Source: Rebecca billardiae RCC1528
Taxonomy: Eukaryota; Protista; Haptophyta
Reading direction: 5' to 3'
NCBI GenBank assembly: GCA_965240325.2
Contig: OZ251224.1
Coordinates: forward strand, 496,001 to 560,000
DNA: 64,000 nucleotides
Part shown: piece after piece, positions 48,766 through 60,499 of the stretch
Layout of the letters: every line of letters starts with the position of its first letter
Numbering within the stretch: position 1 is the stretch's first letter
The notes under the pieces: generated by a model
The model's database searches: none
Told to the model about the DNA's origin: nothing
The model's input: only the letters and a program-made list of their open reading frames with translations
Position numbers and translations under genes: made by a program

Positions 48766-49047
48766 ATTCTTTTGAATAGCGCTTGCGAAAAGAAGTTACC
48801 CGCCTGTCTCGATGGATGAACCGCCTCATGGTATTGAAAGAGATTATTCTTTTGAATAGCGCTTTTAAACCAAGTTACCCACCTGTCTCGTTGGATGAAC
48901 CTCCTCATCATATTGAAGAGATTCTTTTGAATAGCGAGCTATTTAAAGCCAGTTACCCGCTTGCCTCGATGGATGAACCGCTGCCTTGATAATATTGAAA
49001 GATATTCTTTTGAATAGCGCTTGTCACAACCAAGTTACCCGCCTGTC
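48766..49047. repeat. AT-rich minisatellite, ~3.5 diverged copies of 75-83 bp
   Basis: ATTCTTTTGAATAGCG at 48766, 48846, 48921 and 49004, each followed by AGTTACCC; the first three also by TGGATGAACC. Confidence 0.9.
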
Positions 49048-50131
49048 AGCTGTCTCGTGCTCGCGAGCGGCGCGACGACATCGGCCCGAGCGAGGATGCC
49101 GCCTTCATTCTGAAAGGCGCGCACCGAGTGCGTGCGCGACGGGTGCCGGCCGGCCGCTGGTCTCGACCTATCGCCCTCGGCCCTCCCCGAGCGCGCCTGC
49201 AGGTACCTCCGGACGCGCATTCGGCTTGCTCACTCGATCAGCTCACTCACAGCTGCCGGTCACGCAGCCGCGCGGCGGCCCACCTTGAAAAAGGGCGCAG
49301 GGGCTTCGTGGCATCTCAAGAGGTTCTCCTACTTGAAAAGCAAGCCTCTGCCCTGGAATCTCCATAAGTCAGCAGCCATATGCGAAAAAGAAGCCTATTG
49401 CGGAGGCAACCAATCAAAAGGGCCAATTCGATTTACTCAAGATTCCGGTGACGCTGGTAATGCGGGTAGGCGCAACGGCGCTGTCTCATTGGTCAGCCAT
49501 TTGCTATCATTCCCTCCCGGCATCCAATCATCTGCAACTGCTCTACGAAGAACAAGGGGCCCGGTCACTTTCGCAAGCTGCGCTCGTCGGAAAGCGGGCG
49601 GTCGCCCCTCTCCGAGCAAGCGAGGGTACCCCGGGCCGGGGGGGGGCTGGGCCACGCATCGCGTGAGGTCGTGCAGCCGTTCCGTTGCCCTGCTGCGGGC
49701 GTGTGCTGCCTGGGCTGCGGCAGATCAGCACTGTGCTTCAGCCTGCCCCGCAAGTGCTCCTCCTTGACACCGTCTCCGAGTCTGGAAGCCGTGCGCGCGG
49801 GTCCCGCGCGCCCGGTCAATGTTTTGGGTGTGTCGGTATGGTGCAAGCGTGCGCGCGCATGATGCGCGACACCGTGAGTCGGCGTCGCAACTGCCATGTC
49901 CGTGAATGTAGCTCTTCGTGGGCGCATGGTGGGTATCCCCCCGAAGTCCGCCGACGCATTCACTCGCAGTGGCACGAGGGCTTGCGCGCTCCCTCTCTCA
50001 GCCGGCGGTCCGAGCTTTCCGCCCGTCTGCGCAGACGCGCAGGCGCGTACTGGCGAGAGCGCGTTGGGGCTGCTTGAGCTGCAGAACAGTACTACGCTTG
50101 CCTTCGCCGCACGCGCGCTCCTCCTTGACGA

Positions 50132-50914
50132 CGTCTCAGCGTCTCAAAGCCATGCGCGCAGCCGCGCGCCACCCGTTGCGGACTCAAGGGCAGAAGCAGC
50201 CGATCAATGACGAGCGACACTGTGGACTGCAGGCGTGACCACTACATGCGTATGCAGCCATTCCTTGGCACGCATTGCGCCACCAGAAGCGTATCCATCC
50301 GTAGAATTGTCGCGCACCAAAGGCGTGCACGCTCTCAAGCCCGGCGCCCTGTCAGTCCGCGCCGGTTCCCGCGAATCGGCCGCGGAAGTGATCACTGCAG
50401 GTCGTCAGCTCTCTGCACAGACGTGTGGGCCCATACTGGCGCGAATGATCGCGTGGTAATCATAGCTACGCTCGCCCACGTTCCACAGCGGATCGCCCCC
50501 CTATATCTCTCACTATGCACGCGCACCGTCTCAGCGTCTCAAAGCCATGCGCGCCACCCGTTGCGGACAAGGGAGGGAAGCCGATCAGATCCGACTGATC
50601 AGCGGGGAGTGCGCACGCGCGTGATGAGCGACAGGGAGCACTGCAGGCGTGACCGCTACAGGCGAATGCAGCCTTACTTGGCGCATATTGAGCCACCTGG
50701 ATCGCATCCACCCGTAGATTTGTCGCGCACCAAAGGCGTGCACGCTCTCAAGCCCGGCGCCGTCATTGAATCCGAGCCCGCGGTTCTGCGGATGGTCGTC
50801 TGCTCTCTGCACAGACGTGTGGGCCCAAGCTGGCGCGAAGGATCGCGCGGTAATCAGGGCTACGCTCGTCCACGTCCCACAGCGGATCGACTCCCTATAT
50901 CTCTCACTGTGCAC
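50132..50914. repeat. Diverged tandem duplication, ~395-bp unit x2
   Basis: CGTCTCAGCGTCTCAAAGCCATGCGCGC at 50132 and 50527; both units share TTGTCGCGCACCAAAGGCGTGCACGCTCTCAAGCCCGGCGCC. Confidence 0.85.
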
Positions 50915-53900
50915 TTCTCCCTATTGACCTGCTACCGCCGCCAATGACGGGCGAGACCGGTCTGCTTCCGCGACTTCGCGGTTGCACGCCGCCGCGACCA
51001 ACCCTTCGAGACCCGCAGGCGGTGGGAAGGGAGAACGTTCGCAGGGCAGCGTCGCGCGTGATGCTGTTCTGCCGCAGCCCATGCAGCGCGCGCCCACTGC
51101 AGGGCAACGCGGCGACGGACGCGTTTCGTGCGGCCTAGTACAACGGTGGCGGCGGACGGGCGAAGGGCAAAAAGCGCCGCCTCCGTCCTCCAACGAAGAC
51201 CCACGCGGCTAGTGAAAGGGTCCACTCCCGAAATCCCTTTGCTGGAGCTTGCGGATCTCCGGCTTCGGCGCCTATCGTCCGAGATTCGCACGCTTCCCAG
51301 CTGAATATTGGCGCAGGTAAGTGCACCTTAGGCGATCAAAAAATGAGCCCCTATGCAGTTCACGTGAGGTTCTTTTTGCGTCGCCGCGCAGCCCGCCCGT
51401 GTCAGTTTTCAAGGTGCCGCGACCAGGTCCGCGGCCCAAAGTGTGTGTGCGCGCCGCGCCGGTGCCCTCGCGCCGGTGGCGTGGGCTGGCTGGCCGCTGG
51501 TCTCGCCCACGCGCCCCACTGGCCCCAAGCGCGCAACGCCTGCGGGAAGCGCCGGCACCATACCTAACTAACCTGCGCGTCGACGCCCGTCCCGCCGCCG
51601 CGGCCCGCGCCTCGATCGATCGTCGATCGGACCGCGTGCGTGCGACTCCGTCCGCGCCCGCGCGCAGGGTGGGAGGGGCTGATGCAGGAGCAGATGCAGG
51701 ACTACCTCGAAATTGCACGCGACGAGGAGGTGCCCAGCGCGCACTTTACGCTGCGCGCATCATCGAGTGGTCGCCCAGCGAGCGCGGCAGCTGGCCACCG
51801 GGCCGGCTGACGGCGGGCGCAGCTGCCAGCTGCGGACGCGCAGCGGGCGCGGAGTGGAAGCCGGCGCAGCGGCCGGGCAGCGGCGGCCGGCGCGGCAGCA
51901 CGCTCGTATACATCGCGGCAGCTACCGCCGTCGTGCGGGGAAAGCACACGCTCTCGGCGGCTTCCAAGATGCCGACGGGCCACGGCGTGCACTCCGTGCA
52001 GGCTGCGTGCGCGCTGCAGTGGCTGTGTCGAGCTGCTGCGGCGTGTGCTCGAGGCGCGGCGCTCGCACGGGCTACGCGGGCGCAGCGGGTGCGCGCAGCT
52101 GGCGCACGCAGTGCCACGTCCTGCGGCGCCAGTTTGGCGGCCGTCCGCCGGCCCCCGAGCTCGAGTTCTTTCTGCGCGCTTTGCGACGGCGCGGCCGGCA
52201 GCGCCCATCTGCCTGCTTGCTTGGGCACGCCAGCATGTCCGCCGCCGGGCCTGCTGCGCGCGCCGAAGCTGGAGGGCGGAGGAGGGCGCTGGGCTGCTCC
52301 TACGGCGTGCTGCAGCCCGGGCAGGCTCTACCGCGGCGCGGCGAGGCCGTCGCGCCTGCTCGCCGCCGTCGAGTCGCCCGTGCTGCGTGACCCTCGGCCG
52401 CACGTGCTCGCTCGGCGGCACCGCAGCAGGCGTCCCATACCAGTATACTCGAGCCGCTGTGCGCACCCAAGGCGCGAGCTGCTCGAGCGGGCCAGGTGGG
52501 CCCAGGGGGTGCGTGCAGCTGGCACACGCAGCCCCGGCCCGTGTCATGGGGTGTCGGTTTGACGGTCGCCAGCCCCTGACCCGTTGCACGGGTGAGTAAC
52601 CGTGAGCGTATGAAAAAACGACAAGCGTATGAAATCTCGCGGTTTTGTCGCTCGCGCTGCCGCATGGCTGACGTCCGCGCCGATCCGAGCGCAATGGTGC
52701 ATTGCGAAGCCGATTCGCAATGCACCAATCCAATCCGCATGTCAATCGACCCAACCGTCGCTGAGAACGAACGACAAAACCCAGGGCAGGTGTCCACCAC
52801 GAAGCCACGCCGCGCGCGCGCTGGCAGCGTGAGCCGGCGCGGTTGCAAAGGGTTGCCCAAAGGCAGAGAGATCAGCCAATGCGGCTACCTTCGGCAAGCA
52901 CGCCACCTCAGCGTCAGCATCGGGTGGGGCCGTGAGGATACATGCCCTTGGATGCGGCTCCAGCCAAACGGCTCTCGACGCGGGGAGCCGCCATCGGCCG
53001 CGAGCGCGTACACGGATACACGTGCTGTCCTCGTGAACGAGGATTCAGGAGACGAGGCGCGGCCCGCGATGCGCAGGCAAGACCTAGGGAGTGGCTCACG
53101 CTTTGATCGCGGGTACGGGTACAGAAGGCGTGCGCACGCAACCACACCGCCTTCGTGAAGCGCGTGGGCAAGCTGCTGAAGCTCTCACGATGCGCGCTTA
53201 CTTCTCATCTCCGTGCGCTCGCCGACCGCTCACGCTGCCTTCCGCGCGGCGGACCTGGGAAACCTGCCACCTGGCGCGCACGACGCAGCGCGTAACGCGG
53301 AAGGTGGTAGATCTGCTGCCACGCTCCCGCTGCCGCCGCCGGCGGCGGCAGCGGCATGCCCACGATGCGGCGACGGTGCTGATGACTATCACTGCCAAAG
53401 TGTCGTTTTTTCGGCGCTCACGCGTGCAACGGGTCCCCTGTGGCCCTCGAGCGCTGTGCGCTTCACCACGGAGGTGCTGGCAGCGCCCCGCGGCGCGCAA
53501 CGGCGGGGCAGCATGGCCGCCGCCGGCGCCGCCGCACATGCCGCCGCTTACGGGCAGTCGAGAGCTTGGGGCAGCACCTACGGCGCATGCTGCAGCTGGC
53601 GGGGCGGGCTCTGCCAGCCTGCTGTGGCGTGATCGCGCATTTTCCAGACCGTCGACTCGCCCGCGCTGCATAATATTCCATTATTCGTTTGCCGCGCGTG
53701 CTCGACGGCGCTCCGCGCTGCTGCTGCCGCTACGGCCGCGCGTTGGACGGACAGCATATGCCGACGGAGGGTGCACCGCGGGCCCCTAACTGCGTTGGTT
53801 CTACGGAAGGACCGCGGAACGCGGTCATACGTAACTACCGACAATGGGCCTCACACAGTGGGCACGACAGCAGCGGCACTGGGGCTGCGCCGACAGCCGA

Positions 53901-54748
53901 CTGCCGAGTGTCGCGGACTGTCGGCCGGAGTACTCGCGCCTCAGAGTCTGGGAGTGAGAGTGAGCCTCACGTCAGTCCGACCGGCGACACGCCCGGCGAC
54001 AGATCGCCACTGGCTAACCGTATTCGACGTGGGACCGGCCGATTGAACCACGATGTTCACGGTTCCGTCAACCAGGGGACTCGTTAGACGTCAACGTGCG
54101 TTCGAGCTAATACGAGTATCCCGTTACTGCCTATACTTCGTCTTAAGTCTGCCTACGGCTAGTAGACAGTAGACCGATGCATGCAGAATAGCAGATAGTG
54201 CTATAGTACGCGTCGTAGTAACTATATATCGTCTGCGCTTTCCTAGTACGGCGGCACTCTCAGTGCACTCTTCGGACGAGGCCTTGGGCTTGATGCGGTG
54301 CGACTCATGGGCTGGCGGCCCGAGTGCGGGATTATTACTCACCCGGCGGCGGGCCGGGAGGCGGGAGGCTCCGGTTCCAAGTCCGTGTGATGACACTCTG
54401 TCTCTGACAGAGTCCGGAGAGTGCTGATGATGGTCATGGTAGTACCTAACATGGACTAATAATGAGCACTACTGACTGGCCGGTGAGGGCCCGTGACCCA
54501 CGCCCGCCACTCTGAGACTATGACTCGGTGGCTCGGCTGCCGCACAGTCTCGGTCTCGTCTGGGTCAGGCTGCGGAGACGGTCGGATGGCCTGCGGCCGC
54601 GCGGGAGGCCCGCGGCGGGAGGGAGCGGACTGGTCTGGTGACGACCGACGGGCGATCGGCACGGTCGAAGGCACCACTCCGCCAATGGTGTCGGTGAGTA
54701 ATGAACGTCTAGGCTTCCCGGGCCACTCACGTACGTCACCGTCACGCC

Positions 54749-55521
54749 TCACGGCATCATGCTGGCGGGCAGCAGCACCACGCCGGTGGCGTTGAAGGCC
54801 TTCATCGAGGGCAGCGAGTCCATTCTCTCGACGAAAGCGTCGATCAACGGGAAGTCTTTCTTGTCTGCGAGGGACAGCGCGAGCTTGAGCCACGAGTAGC
54901 ACGCAAAGTCCGCGTACGTGAGGCCACCACCGACAAAGTAGCCGCTGCCCGACTTCTTGAGGGTGCCCTCGAAGACGCCCAGCCACTTCTTCAGCCGTTC
55001 CGGGTTCTCCTTGAGCTTCTTCGCGCCCTCGGAGATCAGGTCGGCCGCGTTGAGAGCCACCTGCATCGCCTGCGCCTCGCCTTCCGGCGTCGTCGGGTAC
55101 CTGCGATGCGCAGCCGCGCCATCGCGTGAGTCCTGATGACGGGGGCGCCGCGCGAGGCGCACAGTTGCGCGGGGGGCGCGTACAGTCCGAGAGTCTTGCC
55201 GAGGTGTTGGTGGATTGCCTGCGACTGTGAGAGCACGACACCGTCGGGGAATGTGACAAACGGCACCGCGAAGCAGCCCCTCTCCGTCTCGTACGACGGC
55301 GGCACCTCGGAGGGCGTCTTGCACTCGTACTTGCAGCCCGCGTGCTCGAGCATGCGCACGATCGCGTCCGCGCGGCCGGTGAAGCCCTTGCACGCGGAGT
55401 GGTAGTACAGAACAACGCCATGCGGCACGGACGGGCGCTTCGGAGCGCTCAGCTTTGTCAGCGCGTACGCGACGGCCGCGCCACCGACAGCTGCCGCGGC
55501 GAGCTGTGCGTTGGACGCCAT
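54749..55521 (-). CDS. GST: Glutathione S-transferase (sigma-like); intron 55183-55101
   Basis: LYYH..GRADAIVRML, FAVPFV, LSQSQAI, spliced LGLYP, YFVGGGLTYADF, FPLIDAFVERM. Confidence 0.92.
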
Positions 55522-55670
55522 CTTGTCGGCAATCGACGAGTACGTACGTGAAGTCGGGCGTCGGCGACTCGGCGCAGCGCACGCGGCGGCAGTGGCGAAT
55601 CGCCAATGATGATGATATCGTCGGCAATTTGTCTCGGCGAGTCGACGGCCTGTCGGCCTGAGTTTACTTG

Positions 55671-55716
55671 TCGCCTGCCTGAGTTGTGTGCGTCTCTTAT
55701 TCTTAGTAAACTGTAC
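55671..55716. repeat. 46-bp dispersed motif, copy 2
   Basis: 45/46 identical to 4223-4268. Confidence 0.95.
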
Positions 55717-55779
55717 GAGACCCCCCCTTCCCCCCTCGCTGCCGCCGGCCGGTGTCAGTGTGTGCGGGACCTCATGATC

Positions 55780-57090
55780 TCACTTGAGCTTGCGGCGGGG
55801 TGGCGGCTCGGCCGCCTCCGCCTGTCGCTCGCGCGTGCACAGCGCGCACTCGCACACGAAGCCGTAGTCGCGCAGGGCGTCCGCCCGCTGCGGCAGCGGC
55901 TGCCCCTCGTCGATGTAGCTGTGGACGAGCTCCTCGCCCCGGCGGATGGCGCGCGCGGCCGAGAGCACCACGCGCCCGTCGACGTCGTCGTCGCGCTTGA
56001 CGAACGAGACGTTGGGCTCGCACGCGTGGTTGAGCATCGCCTGCCGCGCGAACAGGCCGGTGCCCTCCGCCGGCGTCGCGTACGCCTCACCGAGCGCATC
56101 GAGCAGCGGCGCGCTCACCGCCTCGGCGCCGCCCTTCTCGGCCGAGCCGTCCGGCAGCGCGTCGATGTGCAGGAACCAGTCCTCCACGGGGGAGGCGACG
56201 AGGACGGAGCAGTTGTTGCGCTCGAACATGCCCACCAGCCGCGCGTACAGCGCACCGCCGTCGGAGAGCAGCGGCGCGCGCGCCAGCTCGACGGCGCCGC
56301 CGCCGCCGTGCGCGCCCGCGCCGAGCAGCGCGGCGCGGAGCAGCCGCCACGACTCGGCCGCCACCTCGCGCATCTGCGCGCGGAAGGACGCCTCGTCCTC
56401 GGCCGGGCTGTCCGCGGGGAACGCGACGGCCTCCCACCACAGCGGCTGCTCGAACTGCGCGAACGGCTCCCACGCCGCCTCCCAGTCGCCGCGCGCGCGC
56501 ACGTACCGCGCGCACGCGTGCGCGCTCGCCTTGGCCGCGAGCAGGAAGATCTCGTTGCTGCCGAGGGCGTGGTCGCGGAAGCGGGCGAGGAGCTCGGCGC
56601 GCGGCGGGGCGGGGCCGGCCGCGGCGGCGCTGCTGCCGCTGCCAGCCCCGGCGCTGTCGCCCGCGCCGCCGCCCGGCTCCGCGCCGGCGGGCGCAGCTGG
56701 GCAGAGCAGGGCGTGGCCCACGTCCCAGCCTGCCGCCTCACACGCCGCGCCGCAGTACAGGGTGCCGCATGCATGCCTGCACGGGTGGGGCTCTGGGCAC
56801 GCGCGGAAGCCATCCTCCGCGCACGGCAGCGCCGCAGGCACCAGCTCGTCCGCCACGCCCGCGTCACTGCCGAGCAGCAGCCGCAGCTGCGCGTGCAGCG
56901 AGCCGACATGCCGGAAGCACACGTCGCACACGCGCACGCGCGCGGCGTTCTCGACGTGCTGCATGGCGACGAGGGGCATCTCGGTAAAGATCACGTCGCC
57001 CTCCTCGATGTCAGACTCGGCAAAGACGCCGCGGCCGCGCTGCCCGCCGGCGTCGCGCACGACGGTGGGCGCGAGGGCCTCGAGCGCCAT
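55780..57090 (-). CDS. SET and MYND domain lysine methyltransferase (SMYD5/ATXR2-like)
   Basis: GRGVFA..I..GDVIFTEMPLV, CDVCF, YCGAAC...HALLC, MLNHACEPN, GEELVHSYIDE, post-SET YGFVCECALC. Confidence 0.92.
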   Translation of the reverse strand: MALEALAPTVVRDAGGQRGRGVFAESDIEEGDVIFTEMPLVAMQHVENAARVRVCDVCFRHVGSLHAQLRLLLGSDAGVADELVPAALPCAEDGFRACPEPHPCRHACGTLYCGAACEAAGWDVGHALLCPAAPAGAEPGGGAGDSAGAGSGSSAAAAGPAPPRAELLARFRDHALGSNEIFLLAAKASAHACARYVRARGDWEAAWEPFAQFEQPLWWEAVAFPADSPAEDEASFRAQMREVAAESWRLLRAALLGAGAHGGGGAVELARAPLLSDGGALYARLVGMFERNNCSVLVASPVEDWFLHIDALPDGSAEKGGAEAVSAPLLDALGEAYATPAEGTGLFARQAMLNHACEPNVSFVKRDDDVDGRVVLSAARAIRRGEELVHSYIDEGQPLPQRADALRDYGFVCECALCTRERQAEAAEPPPRRKLK

Positions 57091-57238
57091 CGCTTCGTTG
57101 CACGCGGCCACGTCCGATGCACACGATGTGCGTGCTACTCGCGAGCTCCTGACGACCAGCTGGTCCCGGAGTCCCGGTCTCCCGGACCACTGAGCAGGCC
57201 AAAGATCGAACGGCGAACCTAGAGAAAATGGCGCCGCG

Positions 57239-59182
57239 ATGACCGCGCCCAGCGGAGGCCGGTGGGCGAACACTGCACCCCATGCCACCCCCGACTTCGG
57301 TGGCGCGAGCGGTTGGACTTGTGTCGGCCGCACGGGTGCCGCGTGCTTGCTTGCATGCTGCCTGGCGTGGGTGGTGGCCCCTTTGAGCATCGCGCCCGCA
57401 GAGGTGATGGTGGCGCCGCGCAACGAATCGACATCGCGCATGCACGCTCCGCCCGCGGCCACCAGCGGTGTGCCGAGTGCGACGATGCGCACGGGGGGCA
57501 GCTATGCGCGCGTATCGCCGGTCCAAATCGACCTGTGGCGGCCCACCATTCGCTGCACCGCGCACGGCCTCGAGGTCGTGCTCCGCGGCGACGTGTCCGC
57601 GGCCACGCGCGAGACGGTGGCGCGCGCGGGCGGCGCGCTCAGCAAGGAGATGCTGCAGGCGTCCGGCGCGACGATTGCGCCCGTGCCCATCGTCATCGAG
57701 AAGGGCTCGGCGCCTCCGCCCGCGTGCGAGCCCGAGCACGCCTTCTTCATCAGCCCCTGGCTGTGGCACAACGCGTGGCACTTGCTTCAGGACGCAGCTG
57801 CGCTGCACACACACGTGCGCACCACGCGCGCGTGCACGGACAGCGCGCGCGAGGGCGGCGAGGCGTGCGCGCGCTGGGGCGCGGAGCGAGCGGTGCTGTA
57901 CGCATTCCCACCGCCGCGCGGCGCCGAGCTCGACGCGCGCGGCCTGCCCGCCGCGCGGCTGCCCCTCGCCGACCTCGTGCTGACTGCGCTCTTTGGCCGA
58001 GCGCGCGCGGAGCAGCCCGCGGGGCCGCCTGCGCTGCCGCTGGCCGCCGAGGCGCGCGTGCGCCCTGCGCGCGAGCTCCTTGGGGCCGGCCGGCCGTGCG
58101 AGCCAGGCGCGATCCTCAGCTGGCTACCATGGCGCCGGCGCACCCCGGCAAGGGCCGCGGATGGCGCCGCCGCTGCTGATGGCGGGCGGCGTGACCTGCC
58201 CGCCCCGAGCGGTGCCGCGCGCACGCCCGCGCGGGTGGGCTCGGAGCGCTGCGTCGCCGGGCTGCACTGGGGCCTGGCGCCACGCGTGCTGATGCCGCTG
58301 AGCGAGGGCACCTTCCTGACAGAGCGGCGCGCGGCCGCGCGCGCGCTGCGTGCGCTCCTGGGCGCCCAGTGCAACGTGAGCGCCGCCGCGCGCGGGGACG
58401 GGCCGAGGTCGGGCGGCGCGGAGCCGAGCAACCGCTCGGCGGCGGCGGCAGAGGCGGCGGCGGGGCTGCTCGAGGGCGCGTGGATCTCGAGACCGGCGCG
58501 CTCGCGCAAGAACGGCAACCGCTTCTACGCGCCCGGCGCGCGTGCGGCGCTGTTCGAGGCCTTCCGCGCGCGCGGCGTCGCGCTCCGGCCGTGCTGCGAG
58601 TGGGAGCGACCGTGCGCGGCGCTGCGCCAGCTCGCGCGCGCGCGCGTGCTCGTTGGCGTGCACGGCGCCGGGCTGGCCAACGTGCTCTTCGCGCGGCGTG
58701 GCGCCGTGCTCGTCGAGCTCAAGACCGGGTACCGCCACGAGAACGACCTGTTCCGCAAGCTGAGCCAAGCGGTGGGCGGGGGATACGTCGCGGTGGCGAT
58801 GAACGTGCACGGAGGCGGCGGCAATACGGGCAGCAAAGCCCGCCCGCGCGAGGGCAGGATCGGGCGCGCCCGCCAGGCCGCGCGCAAGAAAGGCGTGGCG
58901 CAGCTGGCCGTGGACGATCTCGTCGGCCACTCGCTCGGCGCGGCAGCCGCGGATGGCGTCGCGGCGTGCGCGGCTGCGCTCGCGCGTGGCACGCGCGCAC
59001 CGAGCGTGGCCGAGTGCCGACCGACCGACGCCGCACACTCACACCAGCCGTGGTCGCTGCGGCCGCACATGGAAGGAGTGGAGGGCGCTGCATCCGTCGG
59101 GCACGATGAGGACTGCGCTATGCACAGGCACAGACCAAGCGTGTGCCGCGTGGCGTTGGGGCTGCCGGGTCCAGCTCACTGA
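57239..59182 (+). CDS. Glycosyltransferase family 61 (DUF563)-like type II membrane protein
   Basis: N-terminal hydrophobic anchor; HNAWHLLQD; WISR; VLVGVHGAGLANVLFARRGAVLVEL. Confidence 0.85.
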   Translation: MTAPSGGRWANTAPHATPDFGGASGWTCVGRTGAACLLACCLAWVVAPLSIAPAEVMVAPRNESTSRMHAPPAATSGVPSATMRTGGSYARVSPVQIDLWRPTIRCTAHGLEVVLRGDVSAATRETVARAGGALSKEMLQASGATIAPVPIVIEKGSAPPPACEPEHAFFISPWLWHNAWHLLQDAAALHTHVRTTRACTDSAREGGEACARWGAERAVLYAFPPPRGAELDARGLPAARLPLADLVLTALFGRARAEQPAGPPALPLAAEARVRPARELLGAGRPCEPGAILSWLPWRRRTPARAADGAAAADGGRRDLPAPSGAARTPARVGSERCVAGLHWGLAPRVLMPLSEGTFLTERRAAARALRALLGAQCNVSAAARGDGPRSGGAEPSNRSAAAAEAAAGLLEGAWISRPARSRKNGNRFYAPGARAALFEAFRARGVALRPCCEWERPCAALRQLARARVLVGVHGAGLANVLFARRGAVLVELKTGYRHENDLFRKLSQAVGGGYVAVAMNVHGGGGNTGSKARPREGRIGRARQAARKKGVAQLAVDDLVGHSLGAAAADGVAACAAALARGTRAPSVAECRPTDAAHSHQPWSLRPHMEGVEGAASVGHDEDCAMHRHRPSVCRVALGLPGPAH

Positions 59183-59365
59183 CACTGACTAATTGATCGT
59201 CATGCATGCGTCTCGGTCCGTCGGATTACCGTGCGGGAGGCTCTGGCTCTGCTGATTAAGTTATCGAATGACTCTGACTGACTGTGATGATCGCGATATA
59301 ATATCCTATTTTTAAAAGTGATGGCGGACGAGCTATATATATATATATGCATATTGCACTAGTCG

Positions 59366-59391
59366 TATATATATATATATATATATATATA
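59366..59391. repeat. (TA)n microsatellite
   Basis: Read directly. Confidence 0.9.
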
Positions 59392-59765
59392 CTTGTTTGT
59401 CGGCTAGCCCGACAGTGTGCTGATCGTCATCGTCATGCCGGATCGGCAACTATGGCCTTCTGATGATGATGATCATGAATGATGATGATGATGGATAATA
59501 CGCCTGCTGGCAGCGTCGAGAGTTGGGTGTCTACTCAGTTGGTACTTGGTTGCCGACACGCCCGACACGCGGTCGGGCCGGACACTTGGGTCTGACTTGC
59601 ATCTGAGGACTCAATGCAATGCGGAGCGGAGCCAGCAGCCAGGCAGGCCGACGAAGGGCGCACGTCGCACACGTGCACAGCCACCGGCGGCCGCAGAGAG
59701 GGTACGCCGCGGGCTCCCGCCGGCTGTGGAGCCCGGGCGGCTGTGAGGGAGTGCGCGCTGCTTGC

Positions 59766-60356
59766 TCAGTCGGCCTTCTTTGACTTCTTGGTGCTGCCAC
59801 CGGAGGATGGCTCCTTGGCCTTCCCGCCGGACGCAGCCTTCTCGGCCTTCTCCTTGTCGGCCTTCTGCCGTGCCTCAATCTCCTTCTTCTTCTCCTCCAG
59901 CCCGAACGGCAGCGCTTTCGGGTTGGCGAACGGCCGCTCGACGGGCTTCATGAGCGCGTATGCCTCAAAGAGCTTGCGGTGCGGGCCGTCCACGTAGTTG
60001 AGCAGCGCGGTCGCGCTCACCATGAGCAGCGGCATGAAGTACCCAAGCTTCCAGTGGATGCCGCCAACGATGACGATCGAGGCGCCCTGCCCCTGCAACG
60101 CCTCGAGCGCGTGCTTCCGGTCGTGCTCGTGGTTGGTCGTCTCGTCGTCGCCTTGCTTGAACTTGCGTGTGTCTTTGACCTCGTCCACACGGCGCAAGAT
60201 GTACAGGTTCAGCGCGAGCGTGAGCAGCTGGACGGCAACGAAGCCCATGCGCAGGTACAGCAGCGCCGTCTCATTGTTGGCGAAATCGATGCCCTTCGTC
60301 GCATACACGAGGGCCAAAGGAGCGAGCGACTTGATCGGCGACTGTCCAGTAGCCAT
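59766..60356 (-). CDS. PHO88: Pho88/SND3 family ER membrane protein
   Basis: IDF..LLYLR.GF, TTNHEHD, IHWKLGYFMPLLM, LFEAY, VERPF, Lys-rich C-terminus. Confidence 0.85.
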   Translation of the reverse strand: MATGQSPIKSLAPLALVYATKGIDFANNETALLYLRMGFVAVQLLTLALNLYILRRVDEVKDTRKFKQGDDETTNHEHDRKHALEALQGQGASIVIVGGIHWKLGYFMPLLMVSATALLNYVDGPHRKLFEAYALMKPVERPFANPKALPFGLEEKKKEIEARQKADKEKAEKAASGGKAKEPSSGGSTKKSKKAD

Positions 60357-60499
60357 CCTGGCCGTGTTTCACCCGGGTATCGTACCGCCGTATGTACACG
60401 TGGGCGCTGACGCCACTGGCGGGTAGGGCCCTTGGCGGTTGGGTGGCAACGTCAGATTTCAGATTGAGGCGGCGCCATCCTGATTCTCGCGCCTCATCA

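Larger units (their letters stand above)
48411..53830 (+). mobile_element. ~5.4-kb non-autonomous element with Helentron/DINE-1 (HINE)-like ends
   Basis: 13-bp subterminal IR GGCCCGCGGTGCA (48412-48424) / TGCACCGCGGGCC (53772-53784). Stem-loop right after the 5' copy. Perfect hairpin GACCGCG-GAA-CGCGGTC (53810-53826) 25 bp after the 3' copy. Internal tandem repeats; no recognisable intact gene. Confidence 0.65.

Noticed and set aside
48766-49047. Regularly spaced repeats resembling a CRISPR array
   Set aside because: The intervening sequences are homologous to each other, the period varies, there are no cas genes and the context is eukaryotic; it is a minisatellite.
51321-53789. ORFs of 200-400 aa inside the 5.4-kb element
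   Set aside because: No Rep/helicase, transposase or other recognisable motifs; low-complexity GC-driven frames.
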